From Candidatus Micrarchaeota archaeon (GTDB taxonomy: Archaea > Micrarchaeota > Micrarchaeia > Micrarchaeales > CABMGC01): a stretch of 64,000 bases of DNA. Positions 1-8,871 of this stretch are shown here, piece after piece (position 1 is the stretch's first letter; each line of letters opens with the position of its first letter). Under the pieces are notes generated by a model. It had not been told where the DNA came from, made no database searches, and worked only from the letters and a program-made list of their open reading frames with translations. The stretch covers positions 113,608 to 177,607 of the forward strand of contig JAGWGN010000001.1 in assembly GCA_028867335.1 (NCBI GenBank). Reading direction: 5' to 3'. A program made the translations under genes and the position numbers.

Positions 1-135
1 AAAGAGCATCCCCGCAAACTGCCCGAGAGTGCCGCTTCCAAATAGCTGCCCCTCACCGACCGACTGCTTCCCGTCTCCCATCTCCAGTATCTTTTTCAGA
101 TTGTCCTGCGTTGTTTTCTCTAGTCTGTTGAACAT
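1..135 (-). CDS. hypothetical protein, N-terminal part only (gene runs off the window start)
   Basis: Own translation of the minus strand. ATG at 135-133, then MFNRLEKTTQDNLKKILEMGDGKQSVGEGQLFGSGTLGQFAGMLF, open to position 1. No family recognised. Confidence 0.3.
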   Translation of the reverse strand, partial: MFNRLEKTTQDNLKKILEMGDGKQSVGEGQLFGSGTLGQFAGMLF

Positions 136-211
136 GGTTTAACCTCACAGTTTTCTATAAAGCTCTCTCCCAGGCCTTTAAATATCTCAGCTAGGGGTTT
201 GTTTCCTGTGC

Positions 212-496
212 CTATCTTCCGCTGAATGCATCGTCAATGGACTTGCTTAAGGCAAACCTCAGCTTTGCAACAGACATGTCCACAAAGCCGCCGAGAATTG
301 CAAATGCGCTGCCTGCAGCAGGATAGACCCAGTTGTGGCTCTCCCCGCGCACAAGCTCTGCGACAGACAATCCGGCAATGGTCAATGAAACAACTATGAT
401 CGGGGTGTCCCTTCGGATTGCAGCCTGCAGTGACTCCTCGGCTGTCGAAACCTTCCTTTTTCCATTGTCCTTTTCTCCAACGCGTCTTTCCCTCAT
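212..496 (-). CDS. hypothetical protein (94 aa)
   Basis: ORF track. Same strand and tightly spaced after 514..762. No motif recognised. Confidence 0.35.
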   Translation of the reverse strand: MRERRVGEKDNGKRKVSTAEESLQAAIRRDTPIIVVSLTIAGLSVAELVRGESHNWVYPAAGSAFAILGGFVDMSVAKLRFALSKSIDDAFSGR

Positions 497-513
497 AACA
501 ATCCCATTACCGA

Positions 514-762
514 TTAACTCCTTAGGCTAGGCCTCAATTTTATATGCACCAAGTCAATCCCTGCCTGCGCCTCTATCTCATTCTTCTCGCTTTGCGCTTC
601 AAGGTAGGAGCCAAAGTTCTTGACCCCCTTGAAGTTCGAGTCTCTCAGCTCCTGTCCCTTGCTCTCCAGGATCTCAAAACCCCTGTTGCGCATTATCTCC
701 TTCATCCTCTCGTTTCCCAGGCCATCGTCCGCGGATAAAACCCTGAACACAATTTTCGGCAT
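514..762 (-). CDS. hypothetical protein (82 aa)
   Basis: ORF track, ATG start, 13 nt downstream of the HTH gene on the same strand. No motif recognised. Confidence 0.4.
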   Translation of the reverse strand: MPKIVFRVLSADDGLGNERMKEIMRNRGFEILESKGQELRDSNFKGVKNFGSYLEAQSEKNEIEAQAGIDLVHIKLRPSLRS

Positions 763-775
763 ATTTCCACCATGA

Positions 776-1126
776 TTAACGCACGCTTTGTTTAAGCTTT
801 TGGTCGAGCATGTCCTTTGTTTTCTCTACTGCTGTGGCCTCCTCAGCTTCAAATTTTTCTGGGTAGTTCTCCAAGATATTTGACAGGTTGTCTCTGCACC
901 TTCTTAAATTTAACAGCGGATCTTCCTTGATCCTAAATAATTTCGTGGTTCCAATCTGCTTCACCATGTTTATGCTGCCTTCGGCATCCATTACTGCAAG
1001 ATACTTTGAGGCGGTATCTCTGTCCACGCCAATCCTGTCCGCAACATCCTGTATCGTAAACGTCTCGTTGTAATTTTCCCTAAGTAGGTTTAGGATACTA
1101 GACTTGGGACTTTGATACTTGGCCAT
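776..1126 (-). CDS. winged helix-turn-helix DNA-binding protein (putative transcriptional regulator)
   Basis: The segment FTIQDVADRIGVDRDTASKYLAVMDAEGSINMVKQIGTTKLFRI looks like HTH plus wing. The minus-strand TATA (revcomp of ctttaaata, 1149-1157) lies 23-31 nt upstream of the ATG. Confidence 0.6.
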   Translation of the reverse strand: MAKYQSPKSSILNLLRENYNETFTIQDVADRIGVDRDTASKYLAVMDAEGSINMVKQIGTTKLFRIKEDPLLNLRRCRDNLSNILENYPEKFEAEEATAVEKTKDMLDQKLKQSVR

Positions 1127-1207
1127 AAATCAAAATTGACGTTCCTCTTTAAATACCATGACCACAGTTTTGTTTTTCGCGAAAAATGCGCTCCGCTAGG
1201 CATTCTT

Positions 1208-1223
1208 AAAAATAAGAAAAATT
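1208..1223 (-). terminator. oligo-T tract (AATTTTTCTTATTTTT on the minus strand) just 3' of the 23S processing stem
   Basis: Read directly. Archaeal transcription commonly terminates at T-runs. Confidence 0.4.
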
Positions 1224-1238
1224 GAGAAGTGAGCTTGT
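1224..1238. repeat. 3' arm of the 15-bp inverted repeat flanking the 23S rRNA (pre-rRNA processing stem)
   Basis: gagaagtgagcttgt is the exact reverse complement of acaagctcacttctc at 4089-4103. Confidence 0.8.
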
Positions 1239-4088
1239 GATGTTAGGATTTAGTAGCGGTGCGCTCGCATGTCGCCGAAGCTTCATGCTTACACGCCCGC
1301 CCTATCAAAGTCGTGTAATACGACCACCCTAAGTCTCTCGTTTCGGGTGCGGCTTCGACCTTAGATGCTTTCAGGTCTTATCCGCTTAGCGCGTGGCTAC
1401 CCGGCAATGCCTTTCGACAACCGGTAAACTAGAGGCGCCGGTCTTTCGTTCCTCTCGTACTAAAAAGACCTTGCCCTCTGAGACTAACACCCTCAGTAGA
1501 TATTACCGTACTGTCTCGCGACGTACTGAACTCAGCTCATGTAGATCTTTAATGGACGAGCAGTCCAGCCCTTGGCGGCTCCTGCACCGCCAGGATGATC
1601 TAAGCCCATATCGATGTATCAAACGGCTGGGTCGATGTGAACTCTCACCAGCCACGAACCGGTTACCTCCAGAGTAACTTATCTGACAGCGTGGACTCCC
1701 ATTAAAGGAGTACCAAGGTTCGTTAAACCCCTATTTCTAGTCTGCTTGTTACGCTTTTCAACAAACAGTCAGCCCTGCATTTGCTTTTATGCTTAACAGC
1801 TGGTTTCCAACCAGCTTAAGCAGAGCATTGGTCACTTTCGTTTCCTTATCGAAAGCAACCGCCCAGTCTAACTATCCGCCTGCTGCTGTTCCCCTTGCGA
1901 GGTTAGTTGCGCGGTAAACGCAGAGTGGTGTTACAGGATCGCTCCACGCCGGCCGGAGCCGGCGCTTCGATGCTCCCACTTACGCTGTGCAGCATTCACA
2001 GCACAACAACAACAGGTTATAGTCAAGCTTCATGGAGACTTCATTTCCCACTGAGGGAACGTGGCATATTCACCACGCAGTGAGTTCACGGGATCCAAGA
2101 TTGGGACAGTGGGACAATCGTTACGCCCTTCATGCAAGTCACCTATTAAGTGACGAGGTATTACGCTACCTAAAGAGAGTCAGAGTTACTCCCGCTCTTT
2201 GCTAGCGCTTTGTCCCGTTGAAACGGGGTTTCGCGTACTAGCGGTGAGCAGGCGTCACCCGCTGTACTAAGCCTTACGGCTTTGCGGCGAGTTGTGTTTT
2301 TGATAAACAGTCGTCGTCCCCTAGTTAATGCTATCTGCTCTTACTAAGTGCAGACATGGCTTCTTGAAAACTTACGCCACTAACTTGCCGATTTCCCTAA
2401 CCTTGGTTCTTCCCACACCCCTTGGTCTTTTCAACCAGCAGCACCTGTACTGGTTCTAGGTACGGTTTGATAAGATCGTTGTCGATTCCCTTTTCACGGG
2501 CTCAGGAATTCAGGTATTATGGTTCATTTAGCTGCTTCTCCTCATAATGAGACTCTGCAGCCATTTGCACCTCTTTTCAACCCTATCCCCAAGCGTCAGA
2601 AATCAACCTTGTGTTGCCACGCCTACTTATCAAGCTCCAGAATATTAACTGGATACCCTGTTGTACACGAGTAATTAGCTGTGTACTTAGGACCGGCTAA
2701 CTCCCCGCTGACAATCATTGCGAGGAAAACCTTGTGCTTCCGGGGTAATTGATTCTCACAATTATATGCTATTACTTACACCAGGATTTTCTCTACTACA
2801 CAGTCCATAGGATCGCAAGACCCTACTTCTAGCCATGTAGAATGCCCTCTTACCAGTATATTTCAACTCTAAGGTCTCGGTACATGATTTAGCCCCGTCC
2901 ATTTTCGGAGAGAACTCTCTCAATCGGTACGCTATTACGCGTTTTTTAAAGGGTGGCTGCTTCTGAGCCTACCTCCCGACTGTCTACGAGAATTCCCTCG
3001 TTCGATACACTTAATCACGATTTAGGGACCTTAACCTTAGTCACCGACTTTACGGTCTCGTCGTACCAGCTTACCCGATACGGCCGACTCCCGGGGTCTA
3101 CGCAGCATATGCATTCGGAGTTTGACGGGAGGGAAGAGCCTTTCGACTCCGCGCCCTCTAATCGGTCGCTCTACCGCATATGCAAGCTCGCCCGGAGCTA
3201 TCCTAAAGATACTTCAGAGGGGACCCGCTATTGCTATGTTCGAATGGTCTATCGCCCCTACCCGCAGCTCACCCAACAGGACATGCCATGACAGGTTGCG
3301 GACCTCCAGGGGCCATCAAGCCCCCTTCGTCCTAGCCGCGCGTAGATCACAATAGCTTCGGGTCGTATAGTAGTGACTTAGGCACTTTCGTACCCTGCGC
3401 CTCCTTGCGTGCGCGCACTCGCTTTCGCTTCGCTGCATTGCAGCTTGCCACTCATATACACTCCCTGGCTCTTGCTTCAAGAAGAAGGACAGAACACTGG
3501 TACTGCGTGTCGATGTTTGCTTTCGCAACTTCTCTTCCACGCAGGTTAACCCTTCCGTGCCCTGTCTTCTTGTAACCACCTAGTTTCAGATCTTTTCGCT
3601 CCCACGCGTGTGGGTGCTTTTCAGCTTTCGTTCGCACTACTTGTTCGCTATCGGTCTCTGATCAATATTTAGGGTTGGGATTTAATGATCCCGTATTCGT
3701 TCGACGTATTAAGGCCGAACTACTCTCACACAACACATCTTAGCATCCTCTATGTACGAGGCTGTCACTCTCTATGGCGGAACTTTCCAGTTCCTTCTAT
3801 TCAGATGCCAAGACTAAAAGTTGCACCACATCTCCGCACCAGTTACCTGGGGGATTCAGTTTGCCCTCCTCCGTGTTCACTCGCGTTACTGACGGAATCG
3901 ATTTTCTTTCTTCTCCTGCGGGTACTAAGATATTTCAATTCCCCGCGTACGCATGCGCCACTATTCATAGCGCACAATTCGGCAATCCAAGGTTCAATGG
4001 CTGACATGCGCCTACCCTTGGCTTATCGCAGCTTGCCACGGCCTTCGTAGCTATCAGAGCCTAGCCATCCACTAGGTGGCTTATAATT
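1239..4088 (-). rRNA. rrl: 23S (LSU) ribosomal RNA, about 2.85 kb, no large insertion evident
   Basis: The minus strand contains the sarcin-ricin loop AGTACGAGAGGAAC (revcomp near 1455-1475). It also has a typical archaeal 5' end, ...GGTGGATGGCTAGGCTCTGATAGCTACGAAGGCCGTGGCAAGCTGCGATAAGCC (revcomp near 4020-4080). ORFs listed inside are short and mutually overlapping. Confidence 0.95.
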
Positions 4089-4103
4089 ACAAGCTCACTT
4101 CTC
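4089..4103. repeat. 5' arm of the 15-bp inverted repeat flanking the 23S rRNA
   Basis: Exact reverse complement of 1224-1238. Confidence 0.8.
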
Positions 4104-4257
4104 CTCGAATCAATCCCCTAGACGGGGATCTCACAAAGTGCATCACAGATGAGTTATTCTAAGACGTATACCTTTCACAAAGCGCGAGCTCTCGAGTATG
4201 ACCTCTAGGAAGCTCAACTGGACATCAAAGCACTAACAAGTAGTTAGGTAGAGAAGC

Positions 4258-4265
4258 TTTATATA
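4258..4265 (-). promoter_or_regulatory. TATA box (TATATAAA on the minus strand) for a stand-alone 23S transcription unit
   Basis: Plus strand is tttatata. It sits about 155 nt upstream of the processing stem, and the next upstream gene (argH) ends at 4302. Confidence 0.5.
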
Positions 4266-4301
4266 CGTTTTTCTGGAAGCGCGACTAAGAAGGTAACAGG
4301 G

Positions 4302-5477
4302 CTAGTAGCCCTTGGAAATCCTCTTGTAAGCCTCGCGAAACGGGACCCCTTTTTCGACCAGCCTATAAGCCTCCCCTGTCGCAAAGATCTCCTTGCTCAT
4401 TCCCCTCATGCAGGCATCTTTGTCGACTGAAAGATTGTCAAAAAGCATGATTGCAACCCCTAGGGATTCCCTAGAGATGTCAAAACTTTTCATTATCGCG
4501 CCCTTCGTCAGCTGTATGTCCCGGTTGTAACCAGAAATCAGATTTGCTGCGATGCCCTTTATCATAAACTCGTATGAGTTGACGACATGATAGCTTCCTC
4601 GAAGTATTTCAAGAAGATCCGGGTTGTTCTTGTGCGGCATCATAGAGCTTCCAGTGAGAAACTTTCGCGGCAAGATGAAGTATCCGAACTCTGGCATGCT
4701 AAAGAGTATCAAATCGCATGCGATCTTGTTGAGGTCAAGCATAACCTGCGAAAGCGCCCCCACTATCGCCGCCTCAAACTTCCCGCGGCTGTTCTGGACA
4801 TAAATAGGATTCCCCTGGACCTTTGCAAATCCCAGTTCCTTCGCCGTGAACTTTCTATCGATTTTTATCGGCACTCCGTATCCCGCCCCGCTTCCTAGGG
4901 GGGACTGGTCGATTAACTTTAGTACCGAACCAAGAATTTCCAGATTATTATCCATCGAATCCAAAAAAGCCCCGCTCCAAAGTGCAATTGAGGAAGGCAT
5001 CGCTTTTCGAGTGTGGGTATATCCCGGAAGAACCGTCTTACCATATTTTTTCTTGAACGCCTCCAAGCTTTCGATAAGCTCCAAGACAAGGTTTTCAGTT
5101 TCTTTTAGCTCCTCTTTGTAGTACAATCGCAATGCGGTAAGGGACTGGTCGTTTCGAGATCTCGCGGTGTGAACTTTCATCCCCAATTTCCCCAGCTTTG
5201 CGGTCAGATGACTTTCTATCGCCGTGTGACAGTCCTCATCCGACTGCTCTATCCCAAACTTCCCTGCCTTGTCAAGGGCCATTATTTTGTTTAATTCTGC
5301 CCTCAATCTTTTAACTTCGGAAGTGTTCAGAATTCCTGCCTTTCCCAGCATTCCTACATGTGCAATAGATGCGATGCAGTCATATTTCACGAGTCGTTTG
5401 TCAAGAATGTAATCCTCGCCTACGGTAAACTTCTCGATGCTCTTGTCTAGCTCGTAATTCTTTTTCCACAGAGTCAT
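4302..5477 (-). CDS. argH: argininosuccinate lyase (fumarate-lyase superfamily)
   Basis: N-terminus MTLWKKNY..DKRLVKYDCIASIAHVGMLGKAGIL, plus HTARSRNDQ, GYTHTRKAMP and the signature GSSMMPHKNNPD. At 391 aa it is shorter than typical ArgH. Confidence 0.85.
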   Translation of the reverse strand: MTLWKKNYELDKSIEKFTVGEDYILDKRLVKYDCIASIAHVGMLGKAGILNTSEVKRLRAELNKIMALDKAGKFGIEQSDEDCHTAIESHLTAKLGKLGMKVHTARSRNDQSLTALRLYYKEELKETENLVLELIESLEAFKKKYGKTVLPGYTHTRKAMPSSIALWSGAFLDSMDNNLEILGSVLKLIDQSPLGSGAGYGVPIKIDRKFTAKELGFAKVQGNPIYVQNSRGKFEAAIVGALSQVMLDLNKIACDLILFSMPEFGYFILPRKFLTGSSMMPHKNNPDLLEILRGSYHVVNSYEFMIKGIAANLISGYNRDIQLTKGAIMKSFDISRESLGVAIMLFDNLSVDKDACMRGMSKEIFATGEAYRLVEKGVPFREAYKRISKGY

Positions 5478-5589
5478 AGAATCCTAATCCATATCTCCAA
5501 CTTTACATTATTTAATCCAACATCTACCAAAATTCGCCCATCAAACTCAATCTTTTAAGACCTCTCTGAGATAATATTCTGTTGATAAC

Positions 5590-6138
5590 TTGCAGGAAGT
5601 CGAGCAGCAGAGCAGCAACTCAAAGTACATCTCTCTGATAAAGAATCTCCTCCAGCCAGACGAGGAGGTGGAGCTGGTCATAGTCCAGACCAGGTACTGG
5701 CCTCTGGTCTCAGCAAACTCGATCTTCAAGCCAAAGGTTATCTACGCGACGAACAGGCGCGTGATAATACTCGCAAGGCACCAGCTCGGACTGGTCAGAA
5801 GCTACTCGATCTTCCCCTATAGGATAATACTTGCGATAAAGCCCAGCAAGGGAATCTTCCTATCCTCGATAGTGATAGGCCACCAGGGAACCATACCTGC
5901 CGATGAGATAGAGAAGAACGAGCCCAAGAACGTGTCCGGCTTGCGCCACGAGGATGCAATGCGACTTGAGCACTTCATAAACGCAAAGATAGTGTCCCTT
6001 CCCCGCAATCCGCTCACCACAGACGAGCAGAACCAGTCAGAGACCCTAAAGCACAACAAGGGCCTCAAGTGCCTAAACTGCGGGACGATGAACGAGATGA
6101 CCAGCGACTACTGCTCACATTGCGGAACAAGGCTCTAG
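5590..6138 (+). CDS. bacterial-type PH (bPH_2/YdbT-like) domain protein with C-terminal zinc ribbon
   Basis: TTG start. EEVELVIVQTRYWP..SIFKPKVIYATNRRVIILARHQLGL is bPH-like. The C-terminus is CLNCGTMNEMTSDYCSHCGTRL (CxxC..CxxC). Paralog of 7828..8337. Confidence 0.65.
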   Translation: MQEVEQQSSNSKYISLIKNLLQPDEEVELVIVQTRYWPLVSANSIFKPKVIYATNRRVIILARHQLGLVRSYSIFPYRIILAIKPSKGIFLSSIVIGHQGTIPADEIEKNEPKNVSGLRHEDAMRLEHFINAKIVSLPRNPLTTDEQNQSETLKHNKGLKCLNCGTMNEMTSDYCSHCGTRL

Positions 6139-6180
6139 AAAACAGTGTCCCATCAGTTACTTTTAGAAAAGGGGAAAAAA

Positions 6181-6348
6181 TCAGACACTTAGCTCTCTGT
6201 TGTTGAATAGCTTCTGCAACTCCGAGACAATCCTATTCGTCCCTGGTGAGGGCCTGTAATATCCAATGCAGTTCTTTGTGTCCTTCACAACAATAGGCAT
6301 CTCTGCCCAGTTTTCAGCGCCAAAGCCTCTGTTTTCCATATACACCAT
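6181..6348 (-). CDS. small hypothetical protein (55 aa, or 52 aa from the second ATG at 6339)
   Basis: Own translation: MVYMENRGFGAENWAEMPIVVKDTKNCIGYYRPSPGTNRIVSELQKLFNNRELSV. A minus-strand TATA (plus-strand ggtatataaa, 6361-6370) lies just upstream. Below the ORF-track size cut-off. Confidence 0.3.
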   Translation of the reverse strand: MVYMENRGFGAENWAEMPIVVKDTKNCIGYYRPSPGTNRIVSELQKLFNNRELSV

Positions 6349-6421
6349 TACGCAGTTTCTGGTATATAAATCAAATTAAAAGTAGCAAAATTAGCCAAAT
6401 TATTTGCGTTTTTGCGACTCT

Positions 6422-6952
6422 TCAGGGCTTTCTGAGAAGGCTTCTAAGATATGAGATTCCCCCAGATATGATCCCAACGATCGTCGCAACTACGAAAGCA
6501 ATTATTGGCAATGGATACTGTCCGAGTATCTGTTCATGGACTTGCAGCTGCGTGAGCCCTCCCCCGCCTATCGCCGACGGCATAAGCCCAACACCCCCAA
6601 CGTATCCCGCATACATCAAAAGCAGAGCCGCCCCAATCATTCCCGAGTTCATCAGTACAAGATGCACGCGGGCTAGGATTGCGGAAAACCTATCAAGCCT
6701 TTTGCCCAGCCTTACCTCTATGTAGTCGTATAAGAAGGACGTCACGCCAAGTGCGAGCACCATGATAATGTACATCACATATCCCACAGTCAGCCATATT
6801 CCCGCGCTTCCCGAAGCTATCACCATTGACGGGCTGGGGCTTAGGTAAATAGATCCCCATATAAAGATGATAAATGTCACCGCCGCAATTATCGCCCCCT
6901 GCGCTATCGCGCTCCACAGAAACATCGTCGCAATCCTACTTGTCTTTTCCAT
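6422..6952 (-). CDS. integral membrane protein (about 5 TM helices), function unknown
   Basis: ORF track. Repeated hydrophobic stretches, for example IATMFLWSAIAQGAIIAAVTFIIFIW and LPIIAFVVATIVGIISGGI. Confidence 0.6.
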   Translation of the reverse strand: MEKTSRIATMFLWSAIAQGAIIAAVTFIIFIWGSIYLSPSPSMVIASGSAGIWLTVGYVMYIIMVLALGVTSFLYDYIEVRLGKRLDRFSAILARVHLVLMNSGMIGAALLLMYAGYVGGVGLMPSAIGGGGLTQLQVHEQILGQYPLPIIAFVVATIVGIISGGISYLRSLLRKP

Positions 6953-6958
6953 AAATAT

Positions 6959-7741
6959 CTACTCCGAGGTCCAGCCTCCGTCCACTTCAAGTATGTGTCC
7001 TGTCACGTACGATGACGCGTTCGATGCCAAAAACACCGCTGCGCCCTTTAGCTCCCTCACATCGCCCAGCCTTCCGAGCGGCGTCCTGGTGTTTATGTGG
7101 TCCAGCATCTGCTTGTTTTCAAGGACCCCCTGTGTCATCTCGCTTGGGAAGAACCCCGGGGCGATCGCGTTGACCCTTATTCCCGAAGATGCGAACTCCA
7201 CCGCAAGCGCCCTTGTGAGGTTCACTATCCCGCCCTTGCTTGCATAGTAGGGGGCTACAGGGAAGATATCCCCGAACACCCCGTAGATCGAGGCGATGTT
7301 TATCACGCTGCCCTTGACCTTCTTGCTCATCATGCCCTTCACCACATTCTTGCAGCAGAGGAAGACGCCTGTCAGATTCACCGCAATCACCCCGTCCCAG
7401 GCCTCCTTTGTCATCTCGGTAGACGGGCCCATCGCCGCAGTGCCCGCATTGTTTACCAGAATGTCGACCTTGCCAAATGAATCCTCAGCCGTCTTTACAA
7501 CCTTTAGTATGTCTGCCTCGACAGAAACATCGGCCTTTACGGGAACGATCTTTCTTCCTGTGGCAGCAGCAATCCTCTTTGCATTTTCAATAAGCTTCTC
7601 CTCCCTTCTGGCCACTACGACAACGTCCGCTCCCGCCTCGGCCAGAGCTTCGGTGAACGCGACTCCCAGGCCGCTTGAGACTCCAGTGACGATTGCGCAC
7701 TTTCCGTCAAGCCTGAAATCCTCCAGAATTCCCATGCTCAC
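6959..7741 (-). CDS. short-chain dehydrogenase/reductase (SDR; FabG/gluconate 5-dehydrogenase-like)
   Basis: Rossmann motif AIVTGVSSGLG, NNAG, and catalytic YASKGG (YxxxK). Confidence 0.85.
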   Translation of the reverse strand: MSMGILEDFRLDGKCAIVTGVSSGLGVAFTEALAEAGADVVVVARREEKLIENAKRIAAATGRKIVPVKADVSVEADILKVVKTAEDSFGKVDILVNNAGTAAMGPSTEMTKEAWDGVIAVNLTGVFLCCKNVVKGMMSKKVKGSVINIASIYGVFGDIFPVAPYYASKGGIVNLTRALAVEFASSGIRVNAIAPGFFPSEMTQGVLENKQMLDHINTRTPLGRLGDVRELKGAAVFLASNASSYVTGHILEVDGGWTSE

Positions 7742-7827
7742 ATTTGGAAGAGCATCTTTAAATTGGTGATCTAGCCACCCCTGTATTTTAAGATATAGCT
7801 GTGATAGTATAGTGGTGCAGATCTCAC

Positions 7828-8337
7828 ATGCCCGAACTCAACATCGCAAATCGCTACGTTGACCTTGTCAAGTCCAACTTGGAGCCGGAGGAGAAGATCC
7901 AGCTGATAGTGCAGCAATCTCGCCTGTGGCCCGGGGTTCCCCTCAACTCGATATTCAAGCCGGTGATAGTGTTATTGACAAACGAGCGGCTGATAATAGT
8001 GAGCAGGCACTGGCTGGGCCTTCTAAGGAACATAACGATAGTGCCCCTCACGGCGATAAGGACCACAAGGCTCGAGAAGGGGTTGATCCTCGCGTCAGTA
8101 GTCGTGGGGCAGCTCGGGGCCGCCTCCACAGCAAGCAGGGATCTTGACGGTTTTGACTACCGGGACGCAAGCGCGCTGCTACGGCACATAACAAAGTCGG
8201 TTCACAGCATAAATAAGGCTGCGCCAAAGAAGCACGCGATCGAGGGCATTCCCCCGATCGAGAGATGCTACAACTGCGGCGAGCCGCTTGTAGAGGGGGC
8301 GCAGTACTGCTATCACTGCGGGGTAAGGCTCTTTTAG
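7828..8337 (+). CDS. bPH_2-like PH domain protein with C-terminal zinc ribbon (paralog of 5590..6138)
   Basis: EEKIQLIVQQSRLWP..SIFKPVIVLLTNERLIIVSRHWLGL aligns with the first copy. The C-terminus is CYNCGEPLVEGAQYCYHCGVRLF. Confidence 0.65.
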   Translation: MPELNIANRYVDLVKSNLEPEEKIQLIVQQSRLWPGVPLNSIFKPVIVLLTNERLIIVSRHWLGLLRNITIVPLTAIRTTRLEKGLILASVVVGQLGAASTASRDLDGFDYRDASALLRHITKSVHSINKAAPKKHAIEGIPPIERCYNCGEPLVEGAQYCYHCGVRLF

Positions 8338-8642
8338 GACTGCCTGCTTCCCCTCTCCCTCTCTATGTCCGCGAGCGTCTTCCTAAGATCGTCCAGGTGC
8401 GTCTCCATAAAGAGCATCTGCAGCATCGTCTCGCACTCCTCCTGGGATTCGAGCATCCTCGCTATCCCTTCCTTGGGCACCGCCTTGTTAGGCCCCCTGT
8501 CCTCGAAAACGAACCCGTTGCGGAACCAGAACTCGTCGAGCGCCTGCGCAGTGAGCTTCCTTGCCCTCTGCGCAAGGGCGGCAAGCTCGCCCCTTGTTAT
8601 AACGTCATCAGATTCGTTCTCGATGCTCTCATTCTCATCCAT
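8334..8642 (-). CDS. hypothetical acidic protein (102 aa)
   Basis: ORF track, ATG start. Convergent with 7828..8337, with a 4-nt overlap. No motif recognised. Confidence 0.45.
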   Translation of the reverse strand: MDENESIENESDDVITRGELAALAQRARKLTAQALDEFWFRNGFVFEDRGPNKAVPKEGIARMLESQEECETMLQMLFMETHLDDLRKTLADIERERGSRQS

Positions 8643-8871
8643 AATATCCCCTGCAAAGCAGCTGCAATTACAATGGGCAAGCTAGATATTTAACTTAAAA
8701 GCCATTGAAGAAAAAGTTGGTAAGGAACGGTCCAGGGAATTAAGGTGGGGACCTAAAATATGAACCGTACCTTACTGCATAATACTATGAATCAACTCCT
8801 TTATATACCTCCCCTTAAATCGCATAATCGAGAGGATGCGTTGCGCTTTTGCTAATGGCGGCTCTCGAGGC

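Noticed and set aside
1393-4050. Several ORFs of 60-121 aa listed inside 1393..4050 (for example 1393..1677, 2953..3291, 3685..4050)
   Set aside because: They lie within the 23S rRNA gene. They overlap each other on both strands and have low-complexity, Arg/Ser/Pro-rich translations.
8719-8776. The hairpin at 8720-8775 considered as a split-tRNA half, C/D-box sRNA or H/ACA sRNA
   Set aside because: It has no T-arm or acceptor-like features, no RUGAUGA/CUGA boxes and no ACA tail at the right distance, and its internal loop is asymmetric. It is kept only as a generic structured-RNA candidate.
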